A stretch of 64,000 nt of DNA, from positions 1 through 64,000 of the forward strand of contig NW_021833420.1 in assembly GCF_006345805.1 (NCBI RefSeq), in the 5' to 3' direction. Made by a program: the position numbers and the translations under genes. Under the pieces are notes generated by a model, which searched no databases, was not told where the DNA came from, and was given only the letters and a program-made list of their open reading frames with translations. Positions 36,553-49,870 of the stretch are shown piece after piece. The stretch's first letter is position 1, and every line of letters starts with the position of its first letter. This stretch comes from Octopus sinensis. Taxonomy: Eukaryota.

Positions 36553-39499
36553 GTTGTTGTTGTTGTTGTTGTTGTTGTATATATAGCCTTGCATCCTAGA
36601 TCCTGTCATTATTTTTCTTGTTTTCCTGTCTATTTTGGTTAGTTCATTTAGTGTCCAGTTAAGGATATTGTAGCTGTAACTTATAACTGGGACGGCTAAA
36701 GTGTTAATACCTATTATCTTGTTTTTAGCAATGAGCCCTGTTTTTAGTATTGATCTAACTCGTCTATAGTATTCTTTCTTTATTTTCACTTTCATTTGTG
36801 CGTGTTGTATCATATTTAGCTCATGGATTCCAAAGTATTTGTAAGTTTGGCTTTGGTCTAATTCTCTTATTTCATTGGCTTTATCTAGTGTGATGTTGCT
36901 ACTCTTAACTAGTTTTCCTCTTTTCATGGTTACTTTGGCGCATTTTTCTAATCCAAATTTCATATCTATTTCTTTGGTAAATCCATGAACTGTCTGTAGT
37001 AGTGTTTCCAGCTGTTTGTCATTTGTAGCGTATAGTTTTAGGTCATTCATATATAAAAGGTGACTGATCGTTTTGCCACAACATTTGTATCCGCATCCAG
37101 TTCTATTTAGCATATCAGATAGAGGCGTCAGTGCTAAGCAGAAAAGGAGTGGAGAGAGCGTGTCTCCCTGGAATATTCCTCTTCTAATGGGGGTGGCTTT
37201 TTTTTCACGAGTACCTCTTTTTTTTGGAGCTGTAGTACTGTCTGCCATTTATTCATAGAGTGTCTTATGTATTTTATAATTGTTGGTGCTACCTTGTTAA
37301 TGGCTAGTGTTTCGAGGATCCACGTTTGTGGAGTGCTGTTAAACGCCTTTCGGTAGTCGATCCAGGCCATACTGAGGTCTTTCTTCTTTCTGTGGCTGTC
37401 TTCAGTTGTGGCTTTATTGATCATTAGTTGATCTTTACAGCCATATGAGCCCTTACAGCATCCTTTCTGCTCTTCTGGAAACAGGTTGTTTTCGTCCAGA
37501 TGCTTGCTCAATCTTTGCGATATTACTGCAGAAAAGGCTTTGTACATTGTAGGGAGACAGGTTATAGGTCTGAATTTTTGTGGTTTTGACGTTTCATTGG
37601 ATTTGGGAATTAGGATGGTTTTCCCTTTCGTAAGCCAGTCAGGCATTGTCTCTGGCTCTGCTAGTATGTCGTTAAAGTTTTCAGTCAGCTTTTTGTGCAT
37701 TCCTGTCTGATATTTCAACCAGAAGTTGGGAATCTTGTCGTGCTCAGGTGCCTTCCAGTTGCTTGGTCTTTGCAGTGCCTAGGTGACCTATTCAGTTGTT
37801 ATGGGAGTCCAGAGTTGCTCAGGAGCTAAGTTTGTTGTTTTAATAGTCCTTTTCTGTGGTTGTTCATTCGCCGACCATATTTCTTTCTAAAATTCTTCCA
37901 CTTCTTCTGCCGTTGGTGCTGCAGTGATGTCTATTTTATTTTTGCGAAGTTCTTGGTAGAACTTTTTGGGGTTGGAGTTGAACTGCTTGTTTTGTTCAAA
38001 GAAACGTTGGCGTTTCTCATACCAGCGGATCCTGTGTGATTTGGCAAGGATATCTTGCTTTAGCTTTTCTTTTATCTCAGGTAAATCTTTTTCTGTGATG
38101 TATTTGCACAGTATTTTTGTTTTCTTCTTGTTGCTTAGTAACGTTGATTGTCTGCTAATTTCGTTAAGAATCGACAGATCTTTTCTCATTTTTTGTATTT
38201 TAAGTTATTTATCCACAGGGTTTGTTTGGATGGTGGTACTCCTGTTTGGATGGGTTTGAGGGAGTATCCAGCTTCTTTTGTGGTGGCAGTGGCTGCTGCA
38301 TATATTATGTCATTTAGCTCAGTGATATTGCTATTTGTTTCAGTGGCTATTAGTTCCGTGACGGCCAGATTTATGCTGTTTATTATTGATGTTGTTTTGT
38401 TGTCTAATTTGATTTTGGGGAGGTATGGTCAGTGGTCCATTCTGAGATCTGTGGTTTTCAGCTCTTTGATTATTCTAGTTTTTATAGCATCATAATCATT
38501 AGGTTCCCCTTCGTTGTTTCCATGTTTTAGATGTGTTTCGTCTTCTTTCTCATTCATATGTTTGTCTGTGGTGTTTTGTGCATTATTATGCATCCCTACG
38601 GTCTGGGTTAGTTGTTTTTTGTTTACTTCGTTTTTGTTGGAAATGTTACGTTTGTATTCGTGTTTTACTATCTCAGTGTTTATATTATTTGGTATTATTG
38701 TGTGGCTTCTATCTCCATTTTCCTGATGTATTTTTTTCTTTTAAATATTATATTTCTATTTCTGATATTTTTTTTTTTGCGTTGAAAATATATCTTCTTA
38801 TGTTAGCTAGTTTATTAGGGTTCATTGCTGTATCCGAGTCTTTATTTAGGTTATTTTTCTTCCATATTTTATACGTATATGTTGTTGTGTTTTCGTTCTT
38901 TGGGTAGAGCACTGCTGTAAAGTAAGCGTGTAGGATGGAAATATATTCCTCACGTGTCCATTTATGCCTTTTTGGTTTTATTTGCGGGACATGAGGAACA
39001 ACGTCCGGCCCTTTATTTTGACGGTCATCATTTTCGTAGGGGACCGGTCCTTTCATTTCTGTTGTCACATTGTTTTGCATGTGTAGTTTTTCGTACTTTT
39101 TGTGTAACAAGTTTAAAGTACGCACTTCCCGATTGTTATTCTTAGGTTGAATAATACTGGTATTACTTAATTTATTTGTAATTTTTTTGTACATGGTGTT
39201 TGGGGCCGGAGATGGTCTGGTGTTGATGGATCGTAATGTATCAAGCATGTTTACATATGCTGTACGGGAGGTGGAGATGATATCCAGTTAAAATACATAA
39301 TTTCATTTGGAAAATAGTAATAAATTTCAATGAGTATTACTTACTCGGATATAGTCCAATCCTTTGTCAGCTATGTTTTGGCTCCATGCGATGTCTTTAT
39401 TTCCGATATTAGTGGATAGATTTCGGAGCACTGTTTTATCGCTCTCACATGTTAAATGTCCCCGGTGTCTTCTGTGTTAAACTTCCCCGGTGTCTTCTC

Positions 39500-39543
<44 letters not shown>

Positions 39544-39585
39544 TATTATTATTATTATTATTATTATATTATTATTATTATTATA

Positions 39586-41500
39586 TGTTTCACTTTTGCT
39601 TTGTATTTGTACAAGTTGACTCCAAATCTCACCCACAGATCTCAAGAGAAAACAAGTAAGAAGTACAAGTTGGTATTATGCCTAAGGTGTCATATATTTG
39701 GCTTTGCACATAGAATTGTTCTAGAGAATGTTTAAGAAAACATAAGACAATTGTAGGCATGTTAAAAAATTTTATATTACATAGAGAGTATTTTATGTAG
39801 GATATAGGCAGTTCCAGTGAGCACGATCTTTTGAATTTCAGCCATTTTGGGTTTTCCTGGTATCTGAGCCAGGTAGCAATCAGTCCCTTTTGCTATCATT
39901 CCTAGGGTACATATGACAACAGGTATTGTTTTAGTCTTGAGGTTCCACATATTGTCAATTTCCAGTTCAAGATCTTTATACTTGCTCAGTTTTTTGGTAG
40001 GTCTTGCCTGATACATTTATAATGATTGGGTCAGTCATATCAATGGGATGGCATGATTTTTGTCTGAAGTCTTTCATTATAACGTCTGGCCTATTTGCAT
40101 CAATCTTTCTGTCAGTTCGAACGGTGAAGTTCCAGAGGAGTAAGCTGTAATCATTTTTAAGTACTGGAAGTGGTTTGTGTTCCCACCAATTTTTATCATT
40201 TAGCAGGTTCAGATTTTTGCAAATTACCCAGTGAATATATTGTGCAGCTCTATTATACCTGTTGAGATAATCTGTAGGCGCAAGAAGACTGCAAATGGAA
40301 ATAACATGATCATTGGTTGCATTTTGTTGTTGACATACACAACACGTTGGGCTACTTCCGTTCTTCAGTATGTTGGCCTGGTAGTTACTTGTCGGTAGGC
40401 ATTGATCTTAGGCTGCTATGATAAACCCTTCTGTTTCCGATTTTAGCCAGAAGACACTAACCATTGATTTGTTGCATTTGGAATTCACTCAGATATTCTT
40501 GTGTCTGTTTTGTGAAAACTCCACGGCTACCCTCTTTTCTTGGCAGGTAAAGTCGTTCTATATCTGCCTTAGGGTGGTGCATTCTATGCATTGTCAACAA
40601 TTTCGTATTTTTCTGTCAAGAATACATATTTCAGTAATTGAGCAGTAAATGATATTGAAACTGTAAGTCATGACCGGTATGGCTAAAGTATTGATCACTT
40701 CGATTCTGTTTCTTGCATTCAGCTCTGTCTTGAGTATTGCCCTTACTCTACGATAACATTCTCTTCTGATCCTTCCCCTCATCACTGAATGTTTGATTCC
40801 GTTCCCTTCAAATACCCTTAAGTATTTGTAGCTCTCCGCGGTTTCTAACTCCTTTATGACATTCCGCTGGTCAAGATTAACATTGGATGTTTCTGTCATT
40901 TCTCCTTTGATAAATGTAGCTTTTGAGCATTTATCTAGGCCAAATTGCATCCTGATGTCATCACTGAATTGTTTAACAATCTCTATTTTATTTTTGCCAA
41001 GTTCTTGGCAGAATTCTTTGGGATTGAAGTTGAACTGTTCGTTTTGTTCAAAGAAACGTTGGCGTTTCTTATACCGGTGGTTTCTTTGTGCTTTGGCGAG
41101 GATATCTAGCATTAGCTGTTCTCTTATCTCAGGTATATCATGTTCTGTAATTTCCGTAGTGTTTTCTACTCTTCTAGTAATGTTGTTTGACTGCTAGTTT
41201 CGTTAACGTTTGACAGATCCTTTCTTTTATTTTATATTTTTCTGGATATTATTTAGCCACAGGATTTTCTGAATGTTGATATTCCACTTTAGATGGGTTT
41301 GAGGGGGTATCCAGCTTCTTTCGTGGTCATAGAAGCTGCTGCATATGCTATATCATTTAACATTTGTTTCTGTGGCTATTGGTTCTGTGACGGCCAGGTT
41401 CATGTTATTTATTATTGATGTTGTCTTATTATCAACTTTAATTTTGGAGAGGTACAGTCGGTGATCCACACTGAGGTCTGTGGCTTTTAATTATTTGATT
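39586..41500 (-). mobile_element. R4/Dong element (subfamily of 30110-31779) with RT core deleted
   Basis: RFFEQNEQF...KNKIEI is fused directly to VKQFSDDIRMQFGLDKC. RLE end KLSKYKDL...LQKIVLTGTAYILHKILSM; (AAT)n tail. Confidence 0.85.
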
Positions 41501-42010
41501 ATACTCATTGATTTCGCCTGGTTGCAGTCTTTAGTTGTATTAGTGTTTGTATTGCGTGTTGTGTGTAATGCGAAATGTGTTCCTCTGTTGGGTATCCAGT
41601 CTGTAGAATACATGCTATAGGAGTCGTTTAGTTTATTCGATATTTACTGTATAGAGTGTGTCTTGTGTTTCTGGATTGTTTTGTTCGTAGATAGTTTTGT
41701 TTGGGCTGTATTTATTGAATTGATAGTGTCTTGCGTAGGATGTAGACTGTTCCTAGCAGGGCTATTTTTGGATAGTGTACTGTGTTGAGGATCCGGGTGT
41801 AGCTTCTACGCTTTTGTTCATACCCAATGCACTAATTATTACTGGTATTGTTTTTGTATTCATGCCCCACATCTTGAAATCTTCGATTTCGTGGTCTTTG
41901 TACTTTGACAATTTCTCCACTTCTTTTTTAGCAATATTTTTGTCTGAAGGGTTTGTAATATCTATCAGTAAGCTGATGTATTTTTTTTCAAGCTTTGACT
42001 TTTATTTCTG
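41500..42010 (-). mobile_element. R4/Dong 3' end (subfamily of 34625) head-to-tail with the next copy
   Basis: LIDITNPSDKNIAKKEVEKLSKYKD...LGTVYILRKTLSIQ*, then 3' UTR; (AAT)n upstream at about 42041-42165. Confidence 0.78.
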
Positions 42011-42083
42011 AGTTTTGCTTTTATTTCTTTATCAGTTTGAACTTATTATTATTATTATTACTATCATAATAATAATAATAATA

Positions 42084-42166
<83 letters not shown>

Positions 42167-42399
42167 CTGCAGAATACATAAGATGTGTTTTCAAACTTAC
42201 CATATTGGTGCACCATAAGACACTTGTTTACACCGGTTTGGTGCTTATTTCCATTATTTGCTTTATTCCAAGTTATCAATAGAAATACCAGGAACCTGTT
42301 ACAGGTGTTCTACGATTGTTTAGCCCTCCAGGAGTTATACTCGGCCCACCTAATATGTTCTGTGGGCGTTTAATTTAATTTAATCAAGCACAACTCAAA

Positions 42400-43885
42400 A
42401 AGATGGCGGGGCGCGTCTTGAAAGAGTTGAGAGAGAAGAAATCCGGTGGCTACTGAAGATTTCCATCCCCTTCCCTCCGTTACTATCAACAGGAGAAGGG
42501 GAGTAGAAAAACGAGACAATTACAGTACAACGTCCACCACAGCGGTAGTAACAGTTACAGCAACAGCGGTAGCAGATACTAAAGCAGCAGCCTCAACAAT
42601 AACAACAGCAGAAGCAGCAATAGTAGTAGTGATAGCAACAACAACAACGAAAATGACAGCAACATCACCGTAACAATGGTAGCAACAGCAGCAACGATAG
42701 CAAAACAACAAAACAACAACAACAATAAAACCAACACTAACAACATCGGTAAAAACAGCGACAGCAACAATAACGGCAGCAGCAACAGCAACAGCAACAA
42801 CAATAACGACGAGAACATTACCAACAGCAAAAGCACGTTCGCGGCAGCAGAAGCGAAAAAGAAGCAACGCTTTACCGTGAACCTCACAAACAGGGACGAA
42901 ATGTTAACGCAAGCATGGAAACTAATCAAACAAGAAAAGTCATGGGCCAAACTTACTTATCCGTTAGAGGCAATTGGAGCAGTGGAGAAAAGAATGGTAC
43001 ATCTCAGCAGAGACGAAAAGAGAGGCTTGATAGTTGGTGGCTTCTGGGATGCGTAATTGTGGAGGGGACGGATACTGTCCCGATAGAAGTGACAAGAACT
43101 ACAAGGGAGGACTGGTCCGGCGTTGACCTGGAGATACCTCTCCAGATCAGACCCGAAAACATAAAAAAATCCTGGACTACATCCGTCTCCAGAACACAAC
43201 AACCGAGGGCAAAAGGCTGCATTGTTTCGTGTGTGAAAAAGCTACTCATTTGCGAGTTCGCTGCCCCATGTGGTAAAAGGTGCAAGGGGTCAAAGGCCTC
43301 TATAGCTGCCTATGTCGGGACAAAAATTCGAGAGAGCTTTCCGAGGGACGTGGGAACCCCGAACGTGAGACCCACATCAAAGCTCTTAAAGGGGTTCCCA
43401 AAAATCCCCTTCTCGTTATGGAAATCGAACCACCTGACCTTCACAAGACGTCAGGAGGTAAGTAAACCTTTCCCTTCTCTCTTTAGATTGCCAACATGGC
43501 CATATTAAGTGTAGGAATTTTAAATGTTCGAGGCCTGGGGTCGCCCTGAAAGCAAGGGCACTTGCTCAACGACCTCAAGTCTTTAGAATTGGATATAAGT
43601 GCTGTCAGTGGGACCAGGATTTCCAATACATGCGCACTGGCCCCATGTTCGACGACTGTCAGATCTTTGCATCTGTTAGTTGGATGGTTATGGGAAGTGG
43701 AGTGGTAGTGCTATTTAGGAAAGAACTGAATTTCGAGGTTAGGTCATCTTCCGGGACCCGGACGGGAAGTTGGGGGTCCTAAACGTGAGAAATAGTGTAG
43801 GTAGTGTCTTTAGTGTGGTGGTCGTCTACGCCCCTACTGGAGCCAAACGGCCACATTTCTTTAGGCGTCTGGAAACCTTTCTAGG
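42400..43885 (+). mobile_element. Tx1/L1-clade LINE 5' fragment: ORF1 remnant and start of APE endonuclease
   Basis: 43496 MAILSVGILNVRGLGSP*KQGHLLNDL..., then VVVVYAP...FFRRLETFLG; truncated at (ACA)n. Confidence 0.75.
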
Positions 43886-44519
43886 TACAACAACAACAAC
43901 AGTATTCAATTGCGTATGGCTTTCGGGTTTAAACACGAGCAACAATAAATTGTCTTTTGGTAATGATTTGCTCAGTAGAAAAATATTTTCCTGAAAGATC
44001 AAAAACCTATGAATATTTTGTGCATCGAAATGGGTCCATACTTGCTCAGAGGTTTACAAAAGCCAATGAGAAGAGAAAACCAATGTACCTATACCTTATG
44101 AAAACATGGGATCACACCCAAGCACGAATTGTGAACAGCTCCCGGGAGACGCGCAGATACACGGACAAACACACAGACACTCAGACACACAGATACATAG
44201 ACACGCGCGTGCATACACACACAGACAAATGTACAGATACATACATAAAAGGACATAGACAGACACACAGGCACAGACGCACAGTTTCATAGATACACAG
44301 ATGCACACATATTTGCGGGTAAAAATAAGCAAGTTGTACAATTGCAGGAGAGAAAGGAGAGATTTGGAAAAATAAAAATTTCGCTGTGATTGATGAAAAC
44401 CAAACGTTTTATTGATCATTAAAAGATGACTATTCTTGAAGAAATTTGCGTTTTGTGTTAATCAATCAAATGCTGAAAGGCTCTCCGAAGTTAATATTAA
44501 GCAAGCAACATCTAATTTT

Positions 44520-44800
44520 TAAGTGTCAACAACTATCCTTTCGAAGTAATTACCTGACTAAAGGGAGAGTCTACAATGCAAATGTACAGATTGATAGTAA
44601 CCTGATGTAGAAAATATGTATCGGATTAACAGAAGATGCTTTTAAAACAAGATTCTACTTGCTTTAAGAATTTACGAACTTTTTTAAATATTTGAACACA
44701 AGTCTGGCCGGGAATATTCTGCTTTTGAAGAAATCCGACTTAGCTCACTTTAAAGAACACTAGTCTGTTTTAGAAAGAGATAATCTATATAAAGATAGTC
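44520..44800 (+). mobile_element. Penelope-like GIY-YIG fragment
   Basis: RVYNANV...KICIGLTEDAFKTRF (YIGLTE..FK.R motif). Confidence 0.65.
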
Positions 44801-45717
44801 TTCACGCACAATTTTATGTAATATCCGTTTGAGCGAGTATTACATCATTCTTTTTCAGAATAATTTTGGTTTCCTCCAGACCCACATCGAAATACTTGCT
44901 CGGTATTCCGTAGCCTGTTAATGGATGATGAGTGATAAATATTTTTCGAACTTCTCAGTGAAATGAAATGTTTTGGATTTTAAAGCTGCTAACTTTTTGA
45001 AGTTTTGGCATTTTACATTGTTTATCAACTTTTTCTAACGTTTTTGCACAGCAACAATTTGTTTATGTTCTGGTTTTTGTGATAATGAGTTATGCGTGTG
45101 TGTGCATTAATTTTTATTCATTTGTGAACCTCCAAAATCTTTGAGATTTTCACGCTTAAGAAGACACATAGAATGAGAACGCTGTCGGTTCAAATTCTAT
45201 ATTTTCTCTTCATTTTCAAATTATATTTAGTGTGTACACTAAACATTTTGAAACGCTTCCATAAATCACTATTGAGGTGCTTTGAAAAATAGCCATGCAT
45301 TTAAGCGACGTTATGTACATTTAAAGCGATTTAAAATCTTGAATTCTGCGCAAAAAGATTTTCTGGGCGAAGTTTGCGTACATACAATCTTTGTCATTAG
45401 AGAGAGGCAAAATACTTCTGGAAAAATGATTGCGTTTGCATCGTTTTTATATTTTGATGAACAGAGTTGTGTTATAAGCACAGCGTGTATATAATGAACG
45501 CATGTTGTAATACTGTATTTTGTCTTATAGGCATACATATATGTGTGTATATATATTATTATGTTTGCATACACATACACACATGCGCACGCACACACGC
45601 ACACGCACACACATATATGAACAAAGGGAGAACAGAGTGAAAGCGAGAGAAATAGTAAATGAAAAATAAACAGTCATGTTTAAAGATAACTTCAGAGACA
45701 AGTAAAATAAAATATTG

Positions 45718-45723
45718 TTTTAT
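45718..45723 (-). terminator. Candidate polyadenylation signal AATAAA of the SLC22 gene
   Basis: AATAAA on the minus strand about 26 nt after the stop codon. The motif is common in AT-rich DNA. Confidence 0.3.
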
Positions 45724-45748
45724 TAAATTTCTTCTTTACTTTTGGAAT

Positions 45749-45928
45749 TTATATTTTTCCTCTTCTTTGCACCTTCTCCTTTACCGCGCTCCGTTTGGAG
45801 CTCAGTATTTCATCCAAATGCTGTGGTAGTTGTTTATTATGCGTTTCAGGAAGAGTCAATAACAAGCTCGATGCAATGAAACAACCAGCACCAAATACAA
45901 GTGCTGGGCCCCAAACAACACGCGCAGC
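45749..45928 (-). CDS. SLC22-family transporter, last coding exon (TM12, LPET motif, stop)
   Basis: tttttttttcag|AARVVWGPALVFGAGCFIASSLLLTLPETHNKQLPQHLDEILSSKRSAVKEKVQRRGKI*. 180 nt, phase 0. Confidence 0.93.
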   Translation of the reverse strand, partial: AARVVWGPALVFGAGCFIASSLLLTLPETHNKQLPQHLDEILSSKRSAVKEKVQRRGKI

Positions 45929-47429
45929 CTGAAAAAAAAAATTTACAAATTATATATATATGTATATATATATGCATATATATATGCGTATATGCATGCA
46001 TATGTTTGTGTGTGTGTGGTGTGTGTATGTGTGTGTGTGTGTGGTGTGTGTGTGTGTGTGTTGTGTGTGTGTGTGTGTGTGTGTGTGTTGTGTGTGTGAA
46101 AATAATGGTGACGATGTGTACGATAATTAACAGGAAGGACAAGAAACAAATATGGATAAGCACTGTTTAACAGCTAGCTTTTTGTTCAGAGTTAATGCGA
46201 GCAGTCATCGCTTGTTTTGACTGTGCTTAAATACTAAAGTAATACCATGAAGAAAAAAGCAGTCAGTTAACAAAGTAGGCGTTTTGAAGGCGAACCGTTG
46301 GCTTATGAATGTATATAGTGAAATGTTGGGCCTTAGCATGTCGGCTGGTAAAACATTAAATCGAAAGCCTAACAAGTACATGATCAATCACACTGGTCAG
46401 TCAGTCATTATATATCATGGGTTCCTGGGTATGTAGGAAAATTAAGGACAATGAAGATTACGTTACGACTGATAGTTGGGGTATACGGATTGGACTGATT
46501 TGCTAGTAACACAGAACCATGTCAATTATGTAGGTAGTAAATGGAGTGAGAATGAATGGCTTTGACGTTCCTGGTCGTTAGTCTGAGCTGGTCTCATTGC
46601 ATGAAGTACAATCACCCGTCTAGCGATTGCACTGACACCTATCAGAGAATCACCAACAGGGTTGTCGGTATGCTTGAGATCGAACATGACTGTGGTAAAT
46701 TCATTGACGTCGGTCAGTTGTCACATTCGTTTTTGTATGGCAAATTAGAAGCAGCAGGGAGGGCAGAACATGAATGGTTTGTGCTCTCTCAACATTTGGG
46801 AGGGTCGTCACTGCAAAAAAATGTAAACGGCACAAAGAAAGGCAAATCGTTAGCAATCCATGGTCACGTGTACTACATTCAGTTTCCACAGAGCTGAATT
46901 TCCGAGAAAAGTCTTTGCCGCCTCGACGGTGCTTGTTTTAAAACCCATTCTACTGCAATAAATTAATCGTTATTGCAATATTTTTTAAGTGATATAACGA
47001 TCTAATTGGAGGAGCTTACTTAATAGTGGGAAAAACCGTTGCATCTTTATTCAATCAAATGATTTCGTTAGTATTCAATATTTCTGCTGTAGAAAGAGAA
47101 TGTAGCCGTCTTTTTATTTCTGAGAGTTGCTTTTCTATAAATCAATGGCAGAAATTGATGATTGCTAAGAATTCCTGAAGCTGTCGTCCTATGTTGGGGA
47201 ATCATTGCACCATTGGGTTTTCATTGCTGTATATGTGAACCACCAATCATATCCTTGACACAGATAACTTAAACTCAAACGAATTGTCTCTTCTGCCTTC
47301 ATAACAAAAATAAAACTTTAACAGTCAAGAAATTGAGACTCCATCGAGATCATCTAGAAGTTAAGCGAAATATCATATTAGAACATACACAGAACAATAT
47401 ACCTGTATAGCAAAATATATAAATGCATT

Positions 47430-47485
<56 letters not shown>

Positions 47486-47541
47486 TGAGTATATATGTAT
47501 GTGTGAGCATATATATGATGTTATGGCTAAAGAAAACTTAC

Positions 47542-47614
47542 CAGCATTCTTGTGTAAGGAGAGATCATGCTCGCGATACGTGCTGTAGCTGAGGCTACAC
47601 CCATTCCAGCATTC
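47542..47614 (-). CDS. SLC22-family transporter, coding exon (TM11)
   Basis: ttttaacag|G, then NAGMGVASATARIASMISPYTRML|gtaagt. 73 nt, phase 2/0. Confidence 0.93.
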
Positions 47615-47689
47615 CTGTTAAAAGACAATCCAACAATCATTAATTAAAGAGATTTTTTTTAATAGAAACTGTCTCGAGACGAACAAGAC

Positions 47690-49357
47690 GCCTTGTTCGT
47701 GGTAATTATTGTTTATGTTGGTCCTGGGCAATCATACAAATCAATGATGGATGATAATCAAACCACGAATATTCAGTGGTTTTCCCTTTTTCACCATTGC
47801 ATCCAGAATCTCATTTCCCAATGTCTGCTTGCCATTTTCAAAAGGTATTTTGTGAAGATTGAGGGAGATTACGCTGATAATTCTAACTGGTGCACTAATC
47901 ACATATATTTTCCTTTGCTGGATTATATTGACGAATTTATTGTGACGAATTTACTACAGAATGCAATTTTTGAACAAACAGTTATCACAACTTCCTGTAT
48001 CAACTTTTGAGTTGCGATTTCTGGACCATGCAGCATAGTTTATCGAGTGACTGACTCAAATGAAAACTCCTTTCTAAGACACAACACTGAAAGAGTTTTC
48101 CAATTACTCAGTTTTCCATTCCCATTTGGTGGAATTAAACTCAGCACAACAAAATACTGAAACGCTCGTTTATACAACAAGCGAACATCATAAATCATGA
48201 AAATGTCGGTCACAATCAAAACACGCTGGTGAGTGGAAGTTAGGATCTTGGCTGAAACCATTTCACTTTACAAACGCTCCCGATGCTCTTTGAGGAAGAA
48301 TGAGTATTCCAATCTCATGTCACTGTTTGCAATATGTATAACAACTGTAGGTCTCCAGTCAAAATATTTATATTCACTTTCACATCCTTCTGTGGTTGTC
48401 AACTATCCTGTTGAATTCTTAAATTTTTGGAACCTCCTGGACTCCCACAAAACCGACTTCTGTTGAAAGTAAGAACCATCATTATGCTATCATGGAACCT
48501 TAACCAGCCTCGGTTGTGTAATGGTACTAGACGGTGCTAAAAGTCAACGCCCAATATTATTTCGACCACTACTTTAACAGGTTATTCCATGGGAGATCTT
48601 TTTATACCCAGAATACCCATAATACCATCCGATACAGAAATCCTTTTGCATTAAAAGGGCTGCGACAGCCAATAAAACTCAGTTTTTCTATGTCTGTAAA
48701 TAAATCACAAGGACAGACTTTATTTTTTCCTGGGCTACAACTTGAACATTGAGGACGAAATAACACAATAAGAATGTGAAGTGGTGCTGAAGGAATGGGA
48801 GGACTACAAGTGAAATATAAATATGTGTAAAGCGCGGCAAAATAGTGTTATATAGGTTGTCAAAACAATATACACACACACACACATATAATTTGTTTGT
48901 TCGTTCGCCCGTTATACATTAGTTAATTAAAGAGGTGGAGTAAGTGAGTGGTGGAGTAAGAGTGAGAGAGAGCGGGAGGGGTGAAGAAAGAAGAGAGGAA
49001 GAAGTAGAGGAAGGTGATTAATATCACTACACACAGACCAAATAGTCACGGGGTCAGCTGAAGGTAGAGGCGAAGAACGAGAGAAAAGAATGACGAGAGA
49101 AAAAGTATGAGAGGGAAGTGTAAACGACGTGTGGTGGGTTGGGGGAGGAACATTTATTACGTGGTTAAAAAGTAGAGAATGATAGATAAAGATGAACAAG
49201 GGGGGGTCAGTTATATTGAGAGAGAGAAGAGAGAGGAGGGAGAGATAGCGGTGATGGTGGTGATGGTGTGTTGTTAGAGGAAAGTATTTTTTTCCTTTTT
49301 GAACTAATATTTTTTATAGCGACCATCACTTAATGCCCACGCATAAGTGCAATTAGT
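47690..49357. mobile_element. Scrambled Helitron helicase (Pif1-like) remnants in an SLC22 intron
   Basis: Plus strand: NYPVEFLN, NL.QPRLCNGT, IPRIPIIPSD, IKLSFSMSVNKSQGQTL. A GNGK segment lies on the minus strand. Confidence 0.75.
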
Positions 49358-49777
49358 TATCGTCTACTCTCTGAAAAAACTGATATTTATATCTATATGT
49401 GTTAAATTAGCCTAAACTCAGGATACATATGAAATAGGGTTGCAAGCTGCCCGAGAAAGGATGTGTAGGTATAGAGCACGGACCAGAGAGAAACAGCGAG
49501 AAGATAAAATAAAAAGAAAAAACAACGGAGCCATGAGGAAATGGATGTAGACGAACGTCAAGAATATAAAAGAAAGCTGAACAATGAATGCTGTAAAAAT
49601 CTAAATCATCCTTTCTTTCTTAAATAGGTCCTCTTAATTTTTTCCTTCCGTGGAATTTACACCTGTCCCACAAGCGTGTGTGTGTGTATATATATGTGTG
49701 TGTATATATATGTGTGTGTATATATATATATATGAATAAATGAAAGAAAGGGGTCGAACGAAGATGTTAGCAAAATT

Positions 49778-49870
49778 CCTTTACTCTCGACATATGTTTC
49801 GAAGACAACATGGTTTCATTCCAAAGGAATAAAGGGTGCATTATGCAATCTTCTCATCGGGAAAGAAAGG
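49778..49870 (-). ncRNA. Type I hammerhead-ribozyme-like motif (U4C) with extended stem II
   Basis: CCTTTCTTTC-CCGATGA-GAAGA(43 nt)TCTTC-GAA-ACATATGT-C-GAGAGTAAAGG: 10-bp stem I with one bulge, GUC cleavage triplet. Confidence 0.65.

Larger units (their letters stand above)
34625..39493 (-). mobile_element. Apparently full-length R4/Dong element, split by insertions at about 35460-36580
   Basis: 5' end abuts (AAT)n. KWTREEY, NKLANIRR, FRPITCL, KGSYGCKDQL, AWIDYRKAF, RGIFQGDTLSPLLF, HLLYMNDLKL; then AAQDQSLPTRNY, CRIC, RPDIV, stop at 34724 (LRRTLSIQ*). Frameshifted. Confidence 0.85.

Noticed and set aside
42446-43056. Long Thr/Ala/Asn-rich ORFs
   Set aside because: (AAC/AGC)n low-complexity tract running into the Tx1 ORF1 remnant; no independent gene evidence.
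46200-46900. GC-richer intronic stretch with a 113-aa ORF
   Set aside because: No recognisable motif or splice-consistent role; probably an old TE remnant that I could not classify.
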